Below, piece after piece: positions 13,351 to 26,981 of a stretch of 64,000 nucleotides of DNA (its first letter is position 1; each line of letters starts with the position of its first letter). Under the pieces are notes generated by a model that had not been told where the DNA came from, made no database searches, and saw only the letters and a list, made by a program, of their open reading frames with translations. The translations under genes were made by a program, and so were the position numbers. The stretch is from Octopus bimaculoides (Eukaryota), in NCBI RefSeq assembly GCF_001194135.2, contig NC_068993.1:14946457-15010456 (forward strand). Reading direction: 5' to 3'.

Positions 13351-15099
13351 GTGACTTTCACTTTTGAAAATTTATTCAATTTCACTATCTTCTTTGTTTA
13401 TGAGAATAATTTCCTTCCACGTGATTTCGTGATTTCTATTCATTCTCAAAATATATTCTGCCGATTCTGAAGATAATAGATCAGTGCACTTTATGGAATA
13501 TAATGAATTAAACTTAGAAATTCATAAATCTCTTGTGATAGACTTCTGAGAAGTACAAGGCTATTCGAACTGCAGATTACGAACGGCATAATGAAAAAAT
13601 AAAGTTATGTCTAAACATACATAATTTGAATGATCTAAATAATTGATATATAATTATATTAATTAGAATATATACTTATAAAATTAATCTCTGTGTCGTA
13701 TCAGCGTAGGAAGGCATTTCATTTGTCTTTTGCAAACATATAGTTGAATTTGAGTATCAGAGATGAATTTAATAATCGATAGCAACAGTAATTGCATATA
13801 TTTTATAGTAAAAAAAAAAGTGACAAAAATGTTGTAAAAAATAGCAATTATTTCATACAATAATAAAAATTTATTATTTACTGTAATTCCCCGGACTAGT
13901 CTCAATGAAGAGATGAAAGACAAAGCCTGTCCCGAAGGACCTGAATCTTCGTGGCTCTATCGATTCTGTCATCCATAAACTATATCGAAAAACATGAGCG
14001 GTTTTTAATGATGCGAAACAATGTAAGCAACTCTTCTGTTTCACTTTGTCTATGTGTGTGCGTGTGTATTTATTTGTGCCTATGTGCGTGCGTGTGTGTG
14101 TGTGTGTGTGTACGTGTGTGTGTGTGTGTGTGTGTGTGTGTTTATGTATGTGTGCGTGAGAATTCACTCATTTCCAAGTTTTAGTTGACAGCAGTATTAC
14201 CAACGTTAAAAAGATTACAACTAAAGTACTAATAGAACATGAAGAACAATGATGTTGAAATGAACCACTATGAGGTCAAGCATGTTTAATAAGGACGCAT
14301 TCGATTATATGCATACATATAATACATGTTGTTGCTACTGTTGTTGTTATTGTCATTCTTTTCTGTAGTTGAACGTGTTATGAAAGTTCCATAAGTTCGT
14401 GTCTTACTTTCCTTTCCAGTGTTGTATTTACTGATTTTATGGATTTATCGTTTTATGAAGCTGGCCGGCCACTCTAAGGTCTAGTCAGCCTCTTTTAATT
14501 CTTTCCCCAAGGAGAAAAATAGGCAAAGAAAAATTTTTTTACATCAAAGGAAAAATTTTCACGGTTGGCCACAGTGTGCTTTAGGCTCGGCGGGTGATTT
14601 TGAAGGTGGAAGTATAGTTTGAAGTCAACCACACAAACCACAAAGATAAAACGGAGCAACAAAAGTAGCAACAACAACAACAACAAAAATATAACTGTAG
14701 ATGAAATAACAGTAACTCCAACAAAAACAAGAACAGCAGCAGTGGCGACGCAGTGTGAAATGGAGCAGCAACACTAATAAAAACGATGTATGAAGTGAAG
14801 CAGTAGCAGCAGAAAAACCGTAGCCATTGCCAGCAATAGAAAATAATTTATTTGCAACAATGTACGAACGAAATATAGAAGCGGCAATGGTTCAACTCCC
14901 GCCAACACCATTATTAAGCAATTATATTTGCAGCCACAGAAGATTTAGCCACAGTGGGACCACGTCATTTCCTGGTATTTCAAAATCATTTGATTTAGTC
15001 ATGCAGGAAAGGAAATGAAAATATCACAATATGGAAGAAACAGAACGACAAACAGCAAACTAGGTTGGAAGGGTTTCAATCACGATAACATAGGATATC

Positions 15100-16480
15100 T
15101 TACAGCGAAGAGATTGAAGATCCCTAGTATACAGATGCTGACCATTGAAGTGAGTCTCTGATATGGTTGTATATGAGTGAATTTTCAATTGGAAACCCTG
15201 GCTTAGAAGCATTGTACTATTCAACGTAGACCTGAGGAAATTACGCTGCAGTCAATTTACTCAGAAAGAGGAAAGATCAAGTAAACTTAAGAACACACAA
15301 CCAGAACTAACTGTTGATCGATTGCAAATTGTGTTGTAATGGATGACACCAGAACGCTGCATGAAGAAAAGAGGATTGATTCGTGGTGAGAGATCTTTAT
15401 TTAGGTGAAACTTGTGATACTGGACAGTATTCCAGCCCTAATAAATAACACTAAAAAGTCATTAACTGCACAGGGTTGTGGAGGATAAAAGACGTTACAA
15501 TTGTTTCAACACCTATCACTTAAGGCCTTCTATCCTGAAAGCCACTCACTTTCCCATTCTTTCCTAAATGGCGTGGAGTGTGAATGCACATGATTTGAGG
15601 TTGCTTTGGAAATAAAGCCACATAACAGCTTCAAGTCATTAGACATAGGTATGGTGACCATCAGCTAGATTAGAATTGACGACCTTCAAGCGTGTGCACT
15701 CATCATCGGAGAATATATATACTTCTCTAGAAGTCAGCTATGATCCGAGAGCAGAGACAAAGCATTTCTTCGGATTATCTTCCTCGACACTAAGTGTAAG
15801 TAAGTGGTGCTTAACGTAAACAACATTGATGTCCATACATTCAGTCAAGTAAACGAAAATACTCCACAAGGGGTATATATTTGCAGCTCCACCAAATGTG
15901 GGGCAGCAGATAATTGTAGATGTGCAGAGTTCTTCCTCTGAACATTCTGCTGCTTAGAGCCAGTGGGAAATTGGAACAGTGCCTTGGGCGCAACATGAGA
16001 CTGTAGGAGGAGAGCCGGTGGGAAAGAGGTTTTACAACTGTCTGGCAGGCACCGACTTGGTTTCCCTAATATGCAAATGTGGACACGGAGGAAACGCAGC
16101 GATTCCTGTTTGATCTAGAGGCTACAGTGATGTTATAAATATATTCTTTCTACAATGACTATGGTGCGGTGGGGGTGATGGACAAAAGGAGAAATTCAGA
16201 TATTTTAACGCTATCAGCAAGTGAGTACATTTTGCCTTGGTTCTACTTCTATTATTACTGGTACCATTTCTTATAGCTGGTTTAGTAGTAGGTTGTTCCA
16301 TGACAGCTACTACAACTTGCTACAGCAGGGCTGGCATCTGTAGCACCTTCACAATGATCTTCAAGACATCCCATTTTGCTGATAGGTTGTCAAAGATAGA
16401 AGTGGCAGAGCCAACTGGAAAGTTCTGGTTTGATTTGACAAAAAAAATCTTCCCTTTGCATAATGTGGCCCCGAGGGACG
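15100..16480. mobile_element. Highly decayed RTE-like LINE remnants
   Basis: Minus-strand pieces KMGCLED..KPAIRNGT (16250-16380) and ALGS*LTSREVYI..DDECTRL (15670-15780) echo RTE RT motifs (K.GCP, P..NGVKQG, YLGS.LS....DDE...R). Plus-strand 15110-15390 LKIPSIQML.. echoes the PSI..L...LRW segment. All frames are broken. Confidence 0.35.
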
Positions 16481-16599
16481 ACTGACATGGAATAATATCA
16501 ATAATGGAACCAACTAGTCCCAACAAACCTGATGAGCGTAGGAAGATAAAACAATAAGCGTTATATTTATGCCCTTATTATTCCAACAGTTCAAATTTT

Positions 16600-16626
16600 C
16601 TAGCAACAGCAACAGCAACAGCAGAT

Positions 16627-16672
<46 letters not shown>

Positions 16673-16688
16673 CATCAGCAGCAGTAGC

Positions 16689-16735
<47 letters not shown>

Positions 16736-16830
16736 CAGCAGCAGCTAGAGCATCAGTAGTAGTAGTAGTAGTAGTTGTTGTTATTGTAGTAGTTTTGGTG
16801 GTGGTGGTGGTGGTGGTGACAACGACACTG
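16600..16830. repeat. Compound (CAG)/(TAG)/(GGT) trinucleotide microsatellite
   Basis: Directly visible. Confidence 0.95.
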
Positions 16831-18391
16831 CCGCTGCTACTGCAGCAGCTGATGATAATGATGATGATAATGACANNNNNNNNNNACTGCAGCAGCTGAT
16901 GATAATGATGATGATAATGACAATGATAAAGACCACAACGACAGCGCTGCTGTTGTTGCTGGTGCTGCTGCTTCTGAGGATGATATGAGGGTATTTTCTT
17001 GTATTTAAATCACAATATTTCATAATAAAATACAGTTAAGTGGGGAAATATATAAAGTTTTCTAAATAGTTTTCTAAATATTTTACTCCTTCTAAAAGTA
17101 ACTATTATTAATATGATTAAGATAACTAAAAAAAAAAAAAAAAACATCACATCACTAGAAATAGGACCATACAAACAAACAAACAACATTATAGCGAGAT
17201 ACACACCCTTCACTAATTAGCAAATTCAAACGATAATAAAAAAAATAATAATGGCGTATCATTTAACATCATGTGTTTCTGTTCAGAGATGCTTGAGTTT
17301 TATTTTGATCCACAAGTTAGTTTTGCTTTCCATGCCCTTTATTATTGTCCTCCACGTCAGCATCGTCATCATCGTCATCACTACGGCCGTCGATGGCTTC
17401 ATAGTCTTTATAATTGTATCTTCTTTTATTTTTATTTTCTTTCTCTTAACATTGCATCTTCTTTTTTTTTTCTTCTATTCCTCTCCTTCAAACTATTTTT
17501 TATTCGCTTCTTCCCACTTCTTTGGCTTTTATTCATTATTATTATTATTATTATTAGAGAAAAGTTGAACTGTTGGAATAATAAGGGTGGATCAACAATT
17601 TCAATTAATTTTATTAGTAAAGCCTTACCGTGTCATTAGTTCTTTAACGAGTTGCTTAGATGTAGTGGCCATGGGCGAACACATCAAAGCAATTAGCACT
17701 GTAATATTTTCCCTTTAAAAGTCATTAGCAATATTTTATTGCATTATCTCTTGCTATTTAATAAAGTTAGAACCTGTTTACGCAAACTTACACGCATACT
17801 CATAATTGCGGAAGCACACTTTCAAGACAAAAAAAAATCTAAACAAAAGCAAACGCCATGTTTTTGAATTTGCTGATACATAAGTCACCATGGAATCTGC
17901 ACTAAGTTTGTCTGTCTAACATGATAATAATGATAATAATAATTCACTATCTAAATATGCATGTGCATATACATCTATATTGTGCGTGGTTCTTATATGC
18001 AAATTCATATATATATNNNNNNNNNNNNNNNNNNNNNNNNNNNNNNNNNNNNNNNNNNNNNNNNNNNNNNNNNNNNNNNNNNNNNNNNNNNNNNNNNNNN
18101 NNNNNNNNNNNNNNNNNNNNNNNNNNNNNNNNNNNNNNNNNNNNNNNNNNNNNNNNNNNNNNNNNNNNNNNNNNNNNNNNNNNNNNNNNNNNNNNNNNNN
18201 NNNNNNNNNNNNNNNNNNNNNNNNNNNNNNNNNNNNNNNNNNNNNNNNNNNNNNNNNNNNNNNNNNNNNNNNNNNNNNNNNNNNNNNNNNNNNNNNNNNN
18301 NNNNNNNNNNNNNNNNNNNNNNNNNNNNNNNNNNNNNNNNNACATACTTGTATTTATGTTTATACTTATATGTACACATTCTTATATATAC

Positions 18392-18455
<64 letters not shown>

Positions 18456-18984
18456 CGCACACAGACACACACATGCACACACACAGAAACACAAAGACAG
18501 AAGGAAATAGGGAGAACTAGATATATCTTGTCGGCGAATATATTTTGAATCTTCATAGTAGAAAATTCATTTGAATATTCTGCGATATATTTATTATATA
18601 ACGTTCTTGATTTGTAATATAATACTTCTCCCAGTCATAGATCGTAGACGTAACTTAATTTATGAGAAATTAGGTTTCGTGTGACATTTGTTATGCAAAA
18701 TATCTATCAAGTTGACTATTGTTTTATTATAGCAATTATTGATAGTTTAATCATACTGGTGCTTTGACGATTCCATTAAATCGCCATTTCTCTTCCATGA
18801 TAACAGATATTCTCTGGAGTTAACATTCTGCGAAAAGCACGTCCATGGGTTCCTCGTGTTCCCACAACCTGCCATTTATGTTATTCTGTATATCAGTGCC
18901 TGATATTTAAAGTTAGGATTCACTCAACGATTTGGATTTATTCATTACATTTACTGATTGAGTATGTTGATACGAGTCGCTGTT

Positions 18985-19320
18985 GTGCTCGGCTTCATAG
19001 TCTTCCAATTGATTTAGAAGTGTTTTTTTTTTGTTGTCTTTTAGGTTGACTATTATTGTGTATATTTATGTCGACCATTCGATATTAAGGACTGATATAT
19101 CGTGAGTATGTGTGTGCCTTTGTGTGCCTTCGTGTGTGTCTTTGTGTGTGTGCTTTTGCGTTTGTCTGCCACAGCTTATCAACCGGTGTTGAATTGTTTA
19201 CGTGTTCGTAATTAGATGTTCGGCAAAAATAATTTTTTGGGGTCCATTCATTCGAATCAACCTTTCAAGCCCCAGTTGGCAGCTGTCTAATGAGTGAAAC
19301 ACGTAAAACATTAAAGGCAA
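18985..19320 (+). mobile_element. Degraded SINE family B
   Basis: (TG)-rich middle followed by caaccggtgttg..ttgtttacgt..cgtaa.ttag..gttcggcaaaa. Confidence 0.6.
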
Positions 19321-19369
19321 AGAATCAAAGATTTTTGGATGAAAAGTATTTTTGCTTAGATTTTAGCAA

Positions 19370-19470
19370 CAAAATGATTAAAAAGTTGATCGCGGCGAAA
19401 TTTGAACTCAGTTCCAATACACACCATAAGCCATTTTGTGCAACGCTTTCACGATTCTACCGGTTCACCG
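19370..19470 (-). mobile_element. SINE family A fragment
   Basis: gttgatcgcggcgaaatttgaactcag...aacgctttcacgattctacc is the antisense family-A head. Confidence 0.6.
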
Positions 19471-20219
19471 CTTTCAGTTATATTAGGGCCATAATTAAAA
19501 TGAAATTGCTTCGATCTCACTTCCAAATCTACAAATTGCATTCTACATTTCCTTACCTTATCTCTTACCTGCCATATTTTATGGTGAGGATTGTAAAACA
19601 TCGTTTTCTTATCGAAACTAATTACTAGTATATTCGATAGAAAAATACCAAGATGGCGTAGTTCATTGAAACGATTCACTCTTAGGACGAATTCAAATCT
19701 TCATGTCCTTGGAAGAAGGAAATGTTATTTAGAAGCTTGCAGGAGTTGAATATTAAAAAGTAAATGATGAAACTGAGCAGTTATCTGTTACTTTGTGTTC
19801 GACGTGCTAACTTTTATTGAAGTTAATTATAATAACAGCATGGGTTTATAAAGCTATTAATATTTTGCAAGGAACTTCTACGTTACATTGCTTCACGACT
19901 TGTAATATCAAGTTAAGCTCATTTATTATTGCTTTCAATTTGATTTTTGTTTTATTGAAAATTTTAGTTAATTTATGCTATTTAATTTTCCATCTCTCAG
20001 CTGTATTGATGGCACAAAAACGTTGATTCTGATAGCGTTTGAAGTTGGAATGGCAAAAGATGTAATTGCTTTAAATTCTGCTATGCTAACCATTGAGATA
20101 TGATGGCAAGCATGGACGTACAAATGTGATAAAAAAAAGTACTAACTTTGCTGTTCATGTTTCTACCCATTGCTTAACTTATCTTTCACTAAACAATGTA
20201 TTTACATTTTGGACAGAAG

Positions 20220-20400
20220 GCCGACGGTGTTAGTGGAGGAAGTAAGACGATTACAAATACCCCGCTGTACAATTGTCACTCAATCCATCGACTTAAGAAG
20301 GATGAAAAGTAGACACCGGCGAAATTTGAACACAGCGCTTAATGAGTTGTAATAAATACCATAAGTCATTTTATTCAACGCTTTCACGATGCGGCCAGTC
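20220..20400 (-). mobile_element. SINE family A fragment
   Basis: atcgac..aagaaggatgaaaagtagacaccggcgaaatttgaac is antisense family A. Confidence 0.6.
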
Positions 20401-20504
20401 CATCGCATTCGATTGTACTAATTAGCATATCGCCGCGATATAATGTTACTTTGAAACCTACTAGAAAACATATAATAACAATATAATGAAAACCTGACAT
20501 ATAT

Positions 20505-20790
20505 TTGAGGTTATTCAGCTTTGTTCTTTCGATTCCTGGCGTCGCGTTGTAACCTTGGTCAAGGCACTTAATTTCACGTTGCTCCGGTCCTTTCAGTTGA
20601 TAAAAATGTGTAGTAACTGTATTTCAAAGGGCCAATCTTTTCACATTCTGTGTAACGCTGAATCTCCCTGAAAACTATGTTAAAGGTACCCGCGTTTGTG
20701 GAATGCGTAACCTCTTTCAAGTTAATTTCTCTAGCAGGCTGTTCCGTTGATTGGATTAATTGGAATAATCGTCGTCGTAACCGACTGAGT
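20505..20790 (+). mobile_element. tRNA-derived SINE (near full length)
   Basis: B-box-like ttcgattcc at about 20530 and central ccttggtcaaggcacttaatttcacgttgctcc. The 3' half is homologous to the antisense copy at 60655-61225. Confidence 0.75.
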
Positions 20791-21605
20791 GTCAGTTCAT
20801 TAATCAATAGGTTTCCAGAATTGTAATGACTGAAAAATAGATTTAACGGCACTTTAGCTGTTGCTGTTGTTGTTATAGCTGTTGCTATTCGTGATGAGGT
20901 TTTTCAATTGTACCTATTCCATATACAACGTTACACTCAAATTATTCAATTGAGAAAAGCCCGACAAAATCAATCTCATCCTCCGAAAAAATTACCATGC
21001 AGTCAATGCCACCCACTTTTCTAAGCAAGAATTGGTCTCCTTATTCATCAACGCCATCGTAATTCCTGATATTTTCGCATTAATAAATAACATTGCTGTG
21101 ATTTATTCAGAGCATGGCGCATAAAGACCTAAATATCCAGGTAGGTAGTGTAATGGGGATGTCCAAATTTCATGTACTATCCTATGCAACCAATGTCACA
21201 CCATATAAGACAGAACATGATATGTGCATTTCAAATGACATGTACAACATCGATTATCATCTTGATCAACACATTTTAAATGACGTAAATATTAAATTTA
21301 CTTAAATAATTAGATGGATCAGAGAAACTTGAACTGTAGCGAAAAAGTGAAAATTGCTGTCGATTACAGGACGTTCCGGACCATCAGCATCCAGAAAAGT
21401 TGTGCTGTACCTATGTTATTATTAATAGTGTATTTCTAGAGTAGAATGTCGACACCCGGATATTCTAGATCATGGCACTCCTAGCTGGGTTATAAGTGTA
21501 GTTACGCAATATAGCTTTCCATTGGTCTTCTGGTAATAAAAGTGAGAGCTGTGAAGGCAGTATGATTGTCCTGTGCAAGGAAAATTATATAAGTGTATGT
21601 GTGCT

Positions 21606-21656
<51 letters not shown>

Positions 21657-22293
21657 CTGTGTGTATGTGTGTGTGTGTGTGTGTCTGTGTGTGTATGTGT
21701 GTGTGAAAAGATATGTTCTCAGAATCCCGTTGCTGAGAACCTCACTATAACTGGTGTAAATAAAATCTTGAATTCGATCTCAGACTAAATTACATACACT
21801 TAATAACTCCGCATACGTTTTGTTTTTGCTTTAATTTTTTGTTTTTCTTTTTGTTTATTTATCTCTTATTTTTGTAATGGAATTTATTCGTTGAATTCTG
21901 AAGAAATTGCAAATTATGGTTTTCTTGGCGTCTGAATACTAAACAGATTTACAATTCAAATATCAAACACATATTGTGTAGACAGAAATAACATTTAAAG
22001 AAGAAACAACTCAAATAAATAAATAAATAAATAAATAAATAAGTATAGAAATAAATAATGAAAAAGAATTTGTGGTTTATCTATAAAAATATAATGTAAA
22101 CAACTATAGCTAGCAATGACAAGATAAATAAATTATGAAATATACTAATCAATACTTACTTTGTATGATGAAAATAGATTTTCAAAACCAGGTAGGAATT
22201 AAAGCTACCAATAAAATAGTTGTGCACTATTTAGTCTTCAGAAAAATTAAGACAACTGATCACAATTTATAACAAACCGATGTTACCCTATAT

Positions 22294-22509
22294 CAGTGGT
22301 TCTCGGCAATGTTTGGCCTGTGGACAATTTGCTACTTATTTGTCTCGAAGGACCTCATAGACAATCAATATTTAAAAACTTTATTTTCTACGCTTAAATG
22401 TTAATAGGAACTATATAAAAAATTGGAGATGTATAACCTATTTTATTGCACATGAATTTTAACGGCAATGTCTTATATGGACCTCCAAGACTCATATGGG
22501 CCACCACTG
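22294..22509. mobile_element. hAT-like MITE
   Basis: Begins cagtggttctc and ends ..accactg. CAGTGGTTCTC-type TIRs are typical of hAT (Charlie/Tip100) MITEs. The right TIR is degraded and no TSD is seen. Confidence 0.45.
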
Positions 22510-22819
22510 CCGTAAACTGAAAGGCCACACCAGAAAGGCACAACCCTGTTTTAAATTTATTTATTGTAAATCTAAAATTTCAGAGTAGTTAACTCCAACA
22601 ATCTTCAATGTCGGATTTCTGGAGCTTACTTTGCCGTCAGGCTCTTATCCAGAATCTTTATTGCGAAATCATAAAGAGATTTGTAAGAGGTATTTGATGT
22701 TAATGTTTTCTTACAACTTGGTTTGATAATTTTGTCTTAAATGTGTCTCTTCATAACAGTATTCCAATCTAGAGCTGCAAATCAGAGACTTACAATATGC
22801 TGTCTTTGAATATTACCTC

Positions 22820-23345
22820 TGCTGATAATTCTGCAGAGGTCAACTTTGCCTTTCACCCTCACGGGGTCGATAAAATAAGTAGCATTTCAACACTGGAGGT
22901 CAATATAATGGCCTTACCTTCTCTTTTGAAATTGCTGGCCTTGTGCCAAAATTACTTCTGGCAGAGTTGTTAGCGCACGGGGTAATATCCTTAGCGGCAT
23001 TTCGTCCCTCTTTACTTTCTGAGTTCAAATGCCACTGAGGTCAACTTCACCTGTCATCCTTTAGGAGTCGACAAAATAAGTACCTATTCAACAGTAAGGA
23101 CGACGTAATTGACTTCGCCCTCCACTGAAATTACTGGCCTTGCCCAAATTTAAAACCAAAGTTAATGCTGATGAGACGACGAGCTGGTAGAATCGTTAGC
23201 ATGCAGGACAAAATGCTTATCTGCATTTCGTCCGTCTTTGCATTTTGAGCTCATATGTCACCGGGATCTATAAAATGGGTACCAGTTGAGCACTGGGTAA
23301 TCGACGTACTTCTCTTCCGAAATTACTGGCCCGGTGCCAAATTTT
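22820..23345 (+). mobile_element. Cluster of 3-4 co-oriented partial SINE family A copies
   Basis: gaggtcaactt..cct.tca.cct..a.g.gtcga.aaaataagta at about 22836 and 23038; family-A heads at about 22960 and 23177; repeated tails gaaatt.ctggcc..gtgccaaa. Confidence 0.75.
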
Positions 23346-23879
23346 GGAACAAATATTATTTGTGATGACTCCTCTCTGTAAATATTCAAAAAGTACTAAA
23401 AGTACGTTTAAAATTCAACAATGACTATGAGTTCATTGCCTGGACATACCTAGCGTTCTCGAAATGGGGAATACATTTGAAAATGTCTACGTTGTTATTC
23501 TGAAAAGCTGATCCGGTGTAACCTTTTTAAATGTAAGCAATATTTCAAGAAATAGGTGTTTTTTTCTTCAGATGCTTTGTGTCATCTCTTACAAAATTGG
23601 TATCGTAAACGAAATCAGGATCATACGCTAATAAGTATGTTACTGTGCTTACAAAGATTACATATAGATATATATTTTTGCTTCTGTATCAGAGTCATTT
23701 ACCTAGTATCTTTCTGTTATGAAAAAAAGCATTAAAAATTTTAAAAGAAACATATTTCCGGATGAAACACATTGCAGACGGGCAGGGATGGGGATGAATT
23801 TGGGATGTAAGTATACATGAAGGATCAGACAGAATGGTATACTCACAATCAGAGAGCTTCATAAGAGGGAAACGTTGTT

Positions 23880-24030
23880 CAGATGTATCTACAAATTGGT
23901 TTCAATATGTAGCACAAAGCCAGCAATTTCAGGGGAACGGGTAAATTGATAACATGAACTCCAGTGCTCAACTGCGACTAATTTTATCGATCTCGAATGA
24001 TGAAAATCAAAGTCGACCCTGGCGGAATTT
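23880..24030 (-). mobile_element. SINE family A fragment
   Basis: ttttatcga..tcgaa.gatgaaa..caaagtcgacc.tggcggaatttgaa. Confidence 0.7.
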
Positions 24031-24195
24031 GAAGCTATGCTTATTTCTTTTATTCGTTTTTAAATGCATTTATTCATCTCAAGAATGTTATAATATACTT
24101 AAGAGTTTAAAATATCCCTGAATTTCACGTGTTAAATAAATTTATATTCCTAACGTGCCTTGCTTCCGATGAAGAAGCAAGACAGAAGACAGAAG

Positions 24196-24428
24196 GAGGC
24201 GAGCTGGCGGAAACGTTAGCACGCCGGGCGAAATGCTTCGCGGTATTTCGTCTGCCGTTACGTTCTGGGTTCAAATTCCGCCGAGGTCGACTTTGCCTTT
24301 CATCCTTTCGGGGTCGATTAAATAAGTACCAGTTACGCACTGGGGTCGATATAATCGACTTAATCCGTTTGTCTATCCTTGTTTGTCACCTCTGTGTGTA
24401 GCCCCTTGTGGGCAATAAAAAAAAATAG
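24196..24428 (+). mobile_element. Young full-length SINE family A
   Basis: ggcgagctggcggaaacgttagcacgccggg...gggttcaaattcc (B box)...gccccttgtgggcaataaaaaaaaat, flanked by the direct repeat gacagaag (24188-24195 and 24429-24436) as a candidate TSD. Confidence 0.95.
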
Positions 24429-24769
24429 GACAGAAGTTTTGCTTCATTAACAGTTGCAAATCTGCATGCGGAGTCACAACTTCACAAATTATAATTACAG
24501 ATATCTGTAAGACAAAAACTGTACTAAGCAGTGAACTGACAAACTCTACTCAATCTAACTTCATATTCATTAGCTGACTGCAACAAAACCACCGTCCCGA
24601 CCCCTATTCATCAACTTCCAAATGTCCAGCAGAATAACTTTTACAATAGACTATGCTATTAATTATTTTTAGTCTTCTGTCTTGAGAAATGTTTAAATTA
24701 TTTTCGCCAAATAATTAAAACGAGAGAGATTTTATTGCTAGAAACTCGGCAATATGGAACTAGTAATTC

Positions 24770-24970
24770 TTTCAAACTTTGGCAAAAAGGCCAACAATTG
24801 TCGGAGGTAGGGGAGAGGTAAATCGATCAAATCGACCCCTAGGCTTAACAAGTACTTATCCTATCGATCTCAAAAGTTTGAGAGGCATTTGAAATGAGAA
24901 CGTAAACGGCCAGCAGAGATGCCGCTAAACATTGTGTCCGAAGTGCTGACGATTCCACCAGCATGCAGTC
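24770..24970 (-). mobile_element. Degraded SINE family A
   Basis: atcgacccct...agtacttat.ctatcgatctc...ctaaacattgtgtccg..gtgct.acgattc.accagc. Confidence 0.6.
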
Positions 24971-25857
24971 TTACGCGAACCTAATAATAAATCTTTCCAT
25001 TAATCGATATTGAATGTAAAAAAATATAATTAGAAAATGCAGATTGAGAAATAGACAAAGGCCGTACCATCCTTCATTTCTATTCCAACCATTTCTTAAG
25101 ATAAATATTATAATTATTAAAAATTTATAATTACGTTTTAAAACTGTAATTCAGTTGCGACTGCTACTACATCACAGTTCCTATTTCCATATACATCAGG
25201 GAACCTTCGCTACAAAATTAAAACTTACAGCAAAATCTTTACTATGAATAGCTTTCAACCAATTTCGTTAGGGTAGACATTAAAATTACATAATCACATT
25301 CCTTCTCTAAAATGTAGTGTTATGCTTCAGTTACTAATAAATACTATTAATAATGACAGCAAGGACGTCATAGATCATAGCAACAATCCTGTAGCTATGG
25401 TTAACTTTCGATTTTCAGCTAGCTTTAAGTAATTACTGTTTAATTACATGTGTAATACTCTCAGCTCATGTCAATTTGGCTAGAAGCCGATTTGCCGTAT
25501 TCTAATATCTTATCTACATATGAATATTTCATTTTCACTCTTAATCTCTCTCTCTCTCTCCTTTTGTCCTTCTATCTCTATCTCACTCTCCCGCTCTCTC
25601 TTTCTCTCCTTCCCCCTTTCTCCCTCTTAATTACACATTATTCGCTCCCTTACATTTATTTTCACACATCCACTAAAAATCACTTTTTTGCTATACATTC
25701 ATAGACACATACGGCACATACATTTATGAATGTATATATGTGTGTATGTATGTGCATTTATACATGTATAAAGTACATATGTTTGATTGTGTGTGTGTGT
25801 GTATATATATATACACAGATAAATATATAATACATATAAACACATATAGACATGCAT

Positions 25858-25922
<65 letters not shown>

Positions 25923-26149
25923 CACATACACACATACCTAAAGTTGAAGCGTTTAGTCATACCAATCAAACTCAGAACTTACTTTTTAAAATCTAGTACT
26001 TATTGTATCAGCCTTCTGTCGAACTATTACCGGGACATAAACAAACCCACACATGTTGTCAAGTGGGAGGAGTCAATCGAAACACACACACACACACATA
26101 TTGATAGTTATAGTATTATAACAAAAATGAATGAGACCTCGATAATATG

Positions 26150-26338
26150 TATTGGGTTGGCAACTAAGTTCCCACCGTTCTTTTATATTTTGGAATTTAT
26201 TGCGTTTTTGAATTTTGGAATCTATTTGTTTCGAGATTTTTATTTTTGAATCACTTTGGAATCTTTTTTGTTTTTTTGTTTTTCTAGTTAATTTTAGTTA
26301 ATTTTTGTTTATTTTCACATCATTATAGCAACCAAATA
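26150..26338. mobile_element. Tc1/mariner-derived MITE
   Basis: Left end TA-ttgggttggcaactaagtt is a mariner-like TIR. Right end tagcaaccaaa-TA is a degraded reverse complement. Confidence 0.55.
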
Positions 26339-26409
26339 ATTGTCACATATTATATTATATTATATTATATTATATTATATTATATATATATATGTATATA
26401 TATATATAT

Positions 26410-26570
26410 GAGGCGCTTCCACATAATTTCAACTTATCAAATTCACTCATAAAACAGGTGGTTTGCCTGGGGCTCTAGTAGAACACGCCCAATACATCGA
26501 ACAGTGCAACTAAATCCGAATCTATGTGTTGCAACATCATTTTGTACCGAGTCGTGTATGTTTATGGCGA
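26410..26570 (-). mobile_element. SINE family B 5' fragment
   Basis: caaattcactcataaaac..gtggtt.gcctggggct.tagtagaa.ac.cccaa is antisense family B. Confidence 0.6.
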
Positions 26571-26981
26571 AATTATTATTCTAGAAGAATGGTAAAAATT
26601 AATTACTTATGGTTTGTTTTGTTATTTCTTAAAGAGGTCAATGACTTACTGTTTTATATTTATTCCGTATATTCTGAATAGGAATAAGAAATCGATAAAT
26701 ATTACCTGTTATTTCCTTTCTTAATTTGTGTAGTTTTCACTTCCTTTCTCATACGACAGAATACCTCAGTTTCAAGAATCAGTTTTCCTTTCCAAAATAT
26801 ATCTTTATCAATTCTGTTGTCGTTAAATATTTTACTATATTCTGTTTCGTTATATAAAATATACTTCAAGCAAAAAAAAAAAAAGATGTTTTCATGGTGA
26901 AAAATGAACGGTCAGCCGAATGTTCCTCGATATATTCAGCATCGTCGAAAACTATTTACTTGCATTCATGTNNNNNNNNNN

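Noticed and set aside
16848-16921. Direct repeat ctgcagcagctgatgataatgatgatgataatgaca on both sides of a 10-N gap
   Set aside because: Typical overlap of contig ends at a nominal gap, so an assembly artefact.
17610-17682. 70-nt minus-strand exon candidate LIALMCSPMATTSKQLVKELMTR
   Set aside because: The donor is good but the acceptor lacks a pyrimidine tract; isolated.
20574-20852. 92-aa minus ORF with a good-looking acceptor (tttttcag)
   Set aside because: It is the antisense strand of a SINE; the same sequence recurs at 60655-61225.
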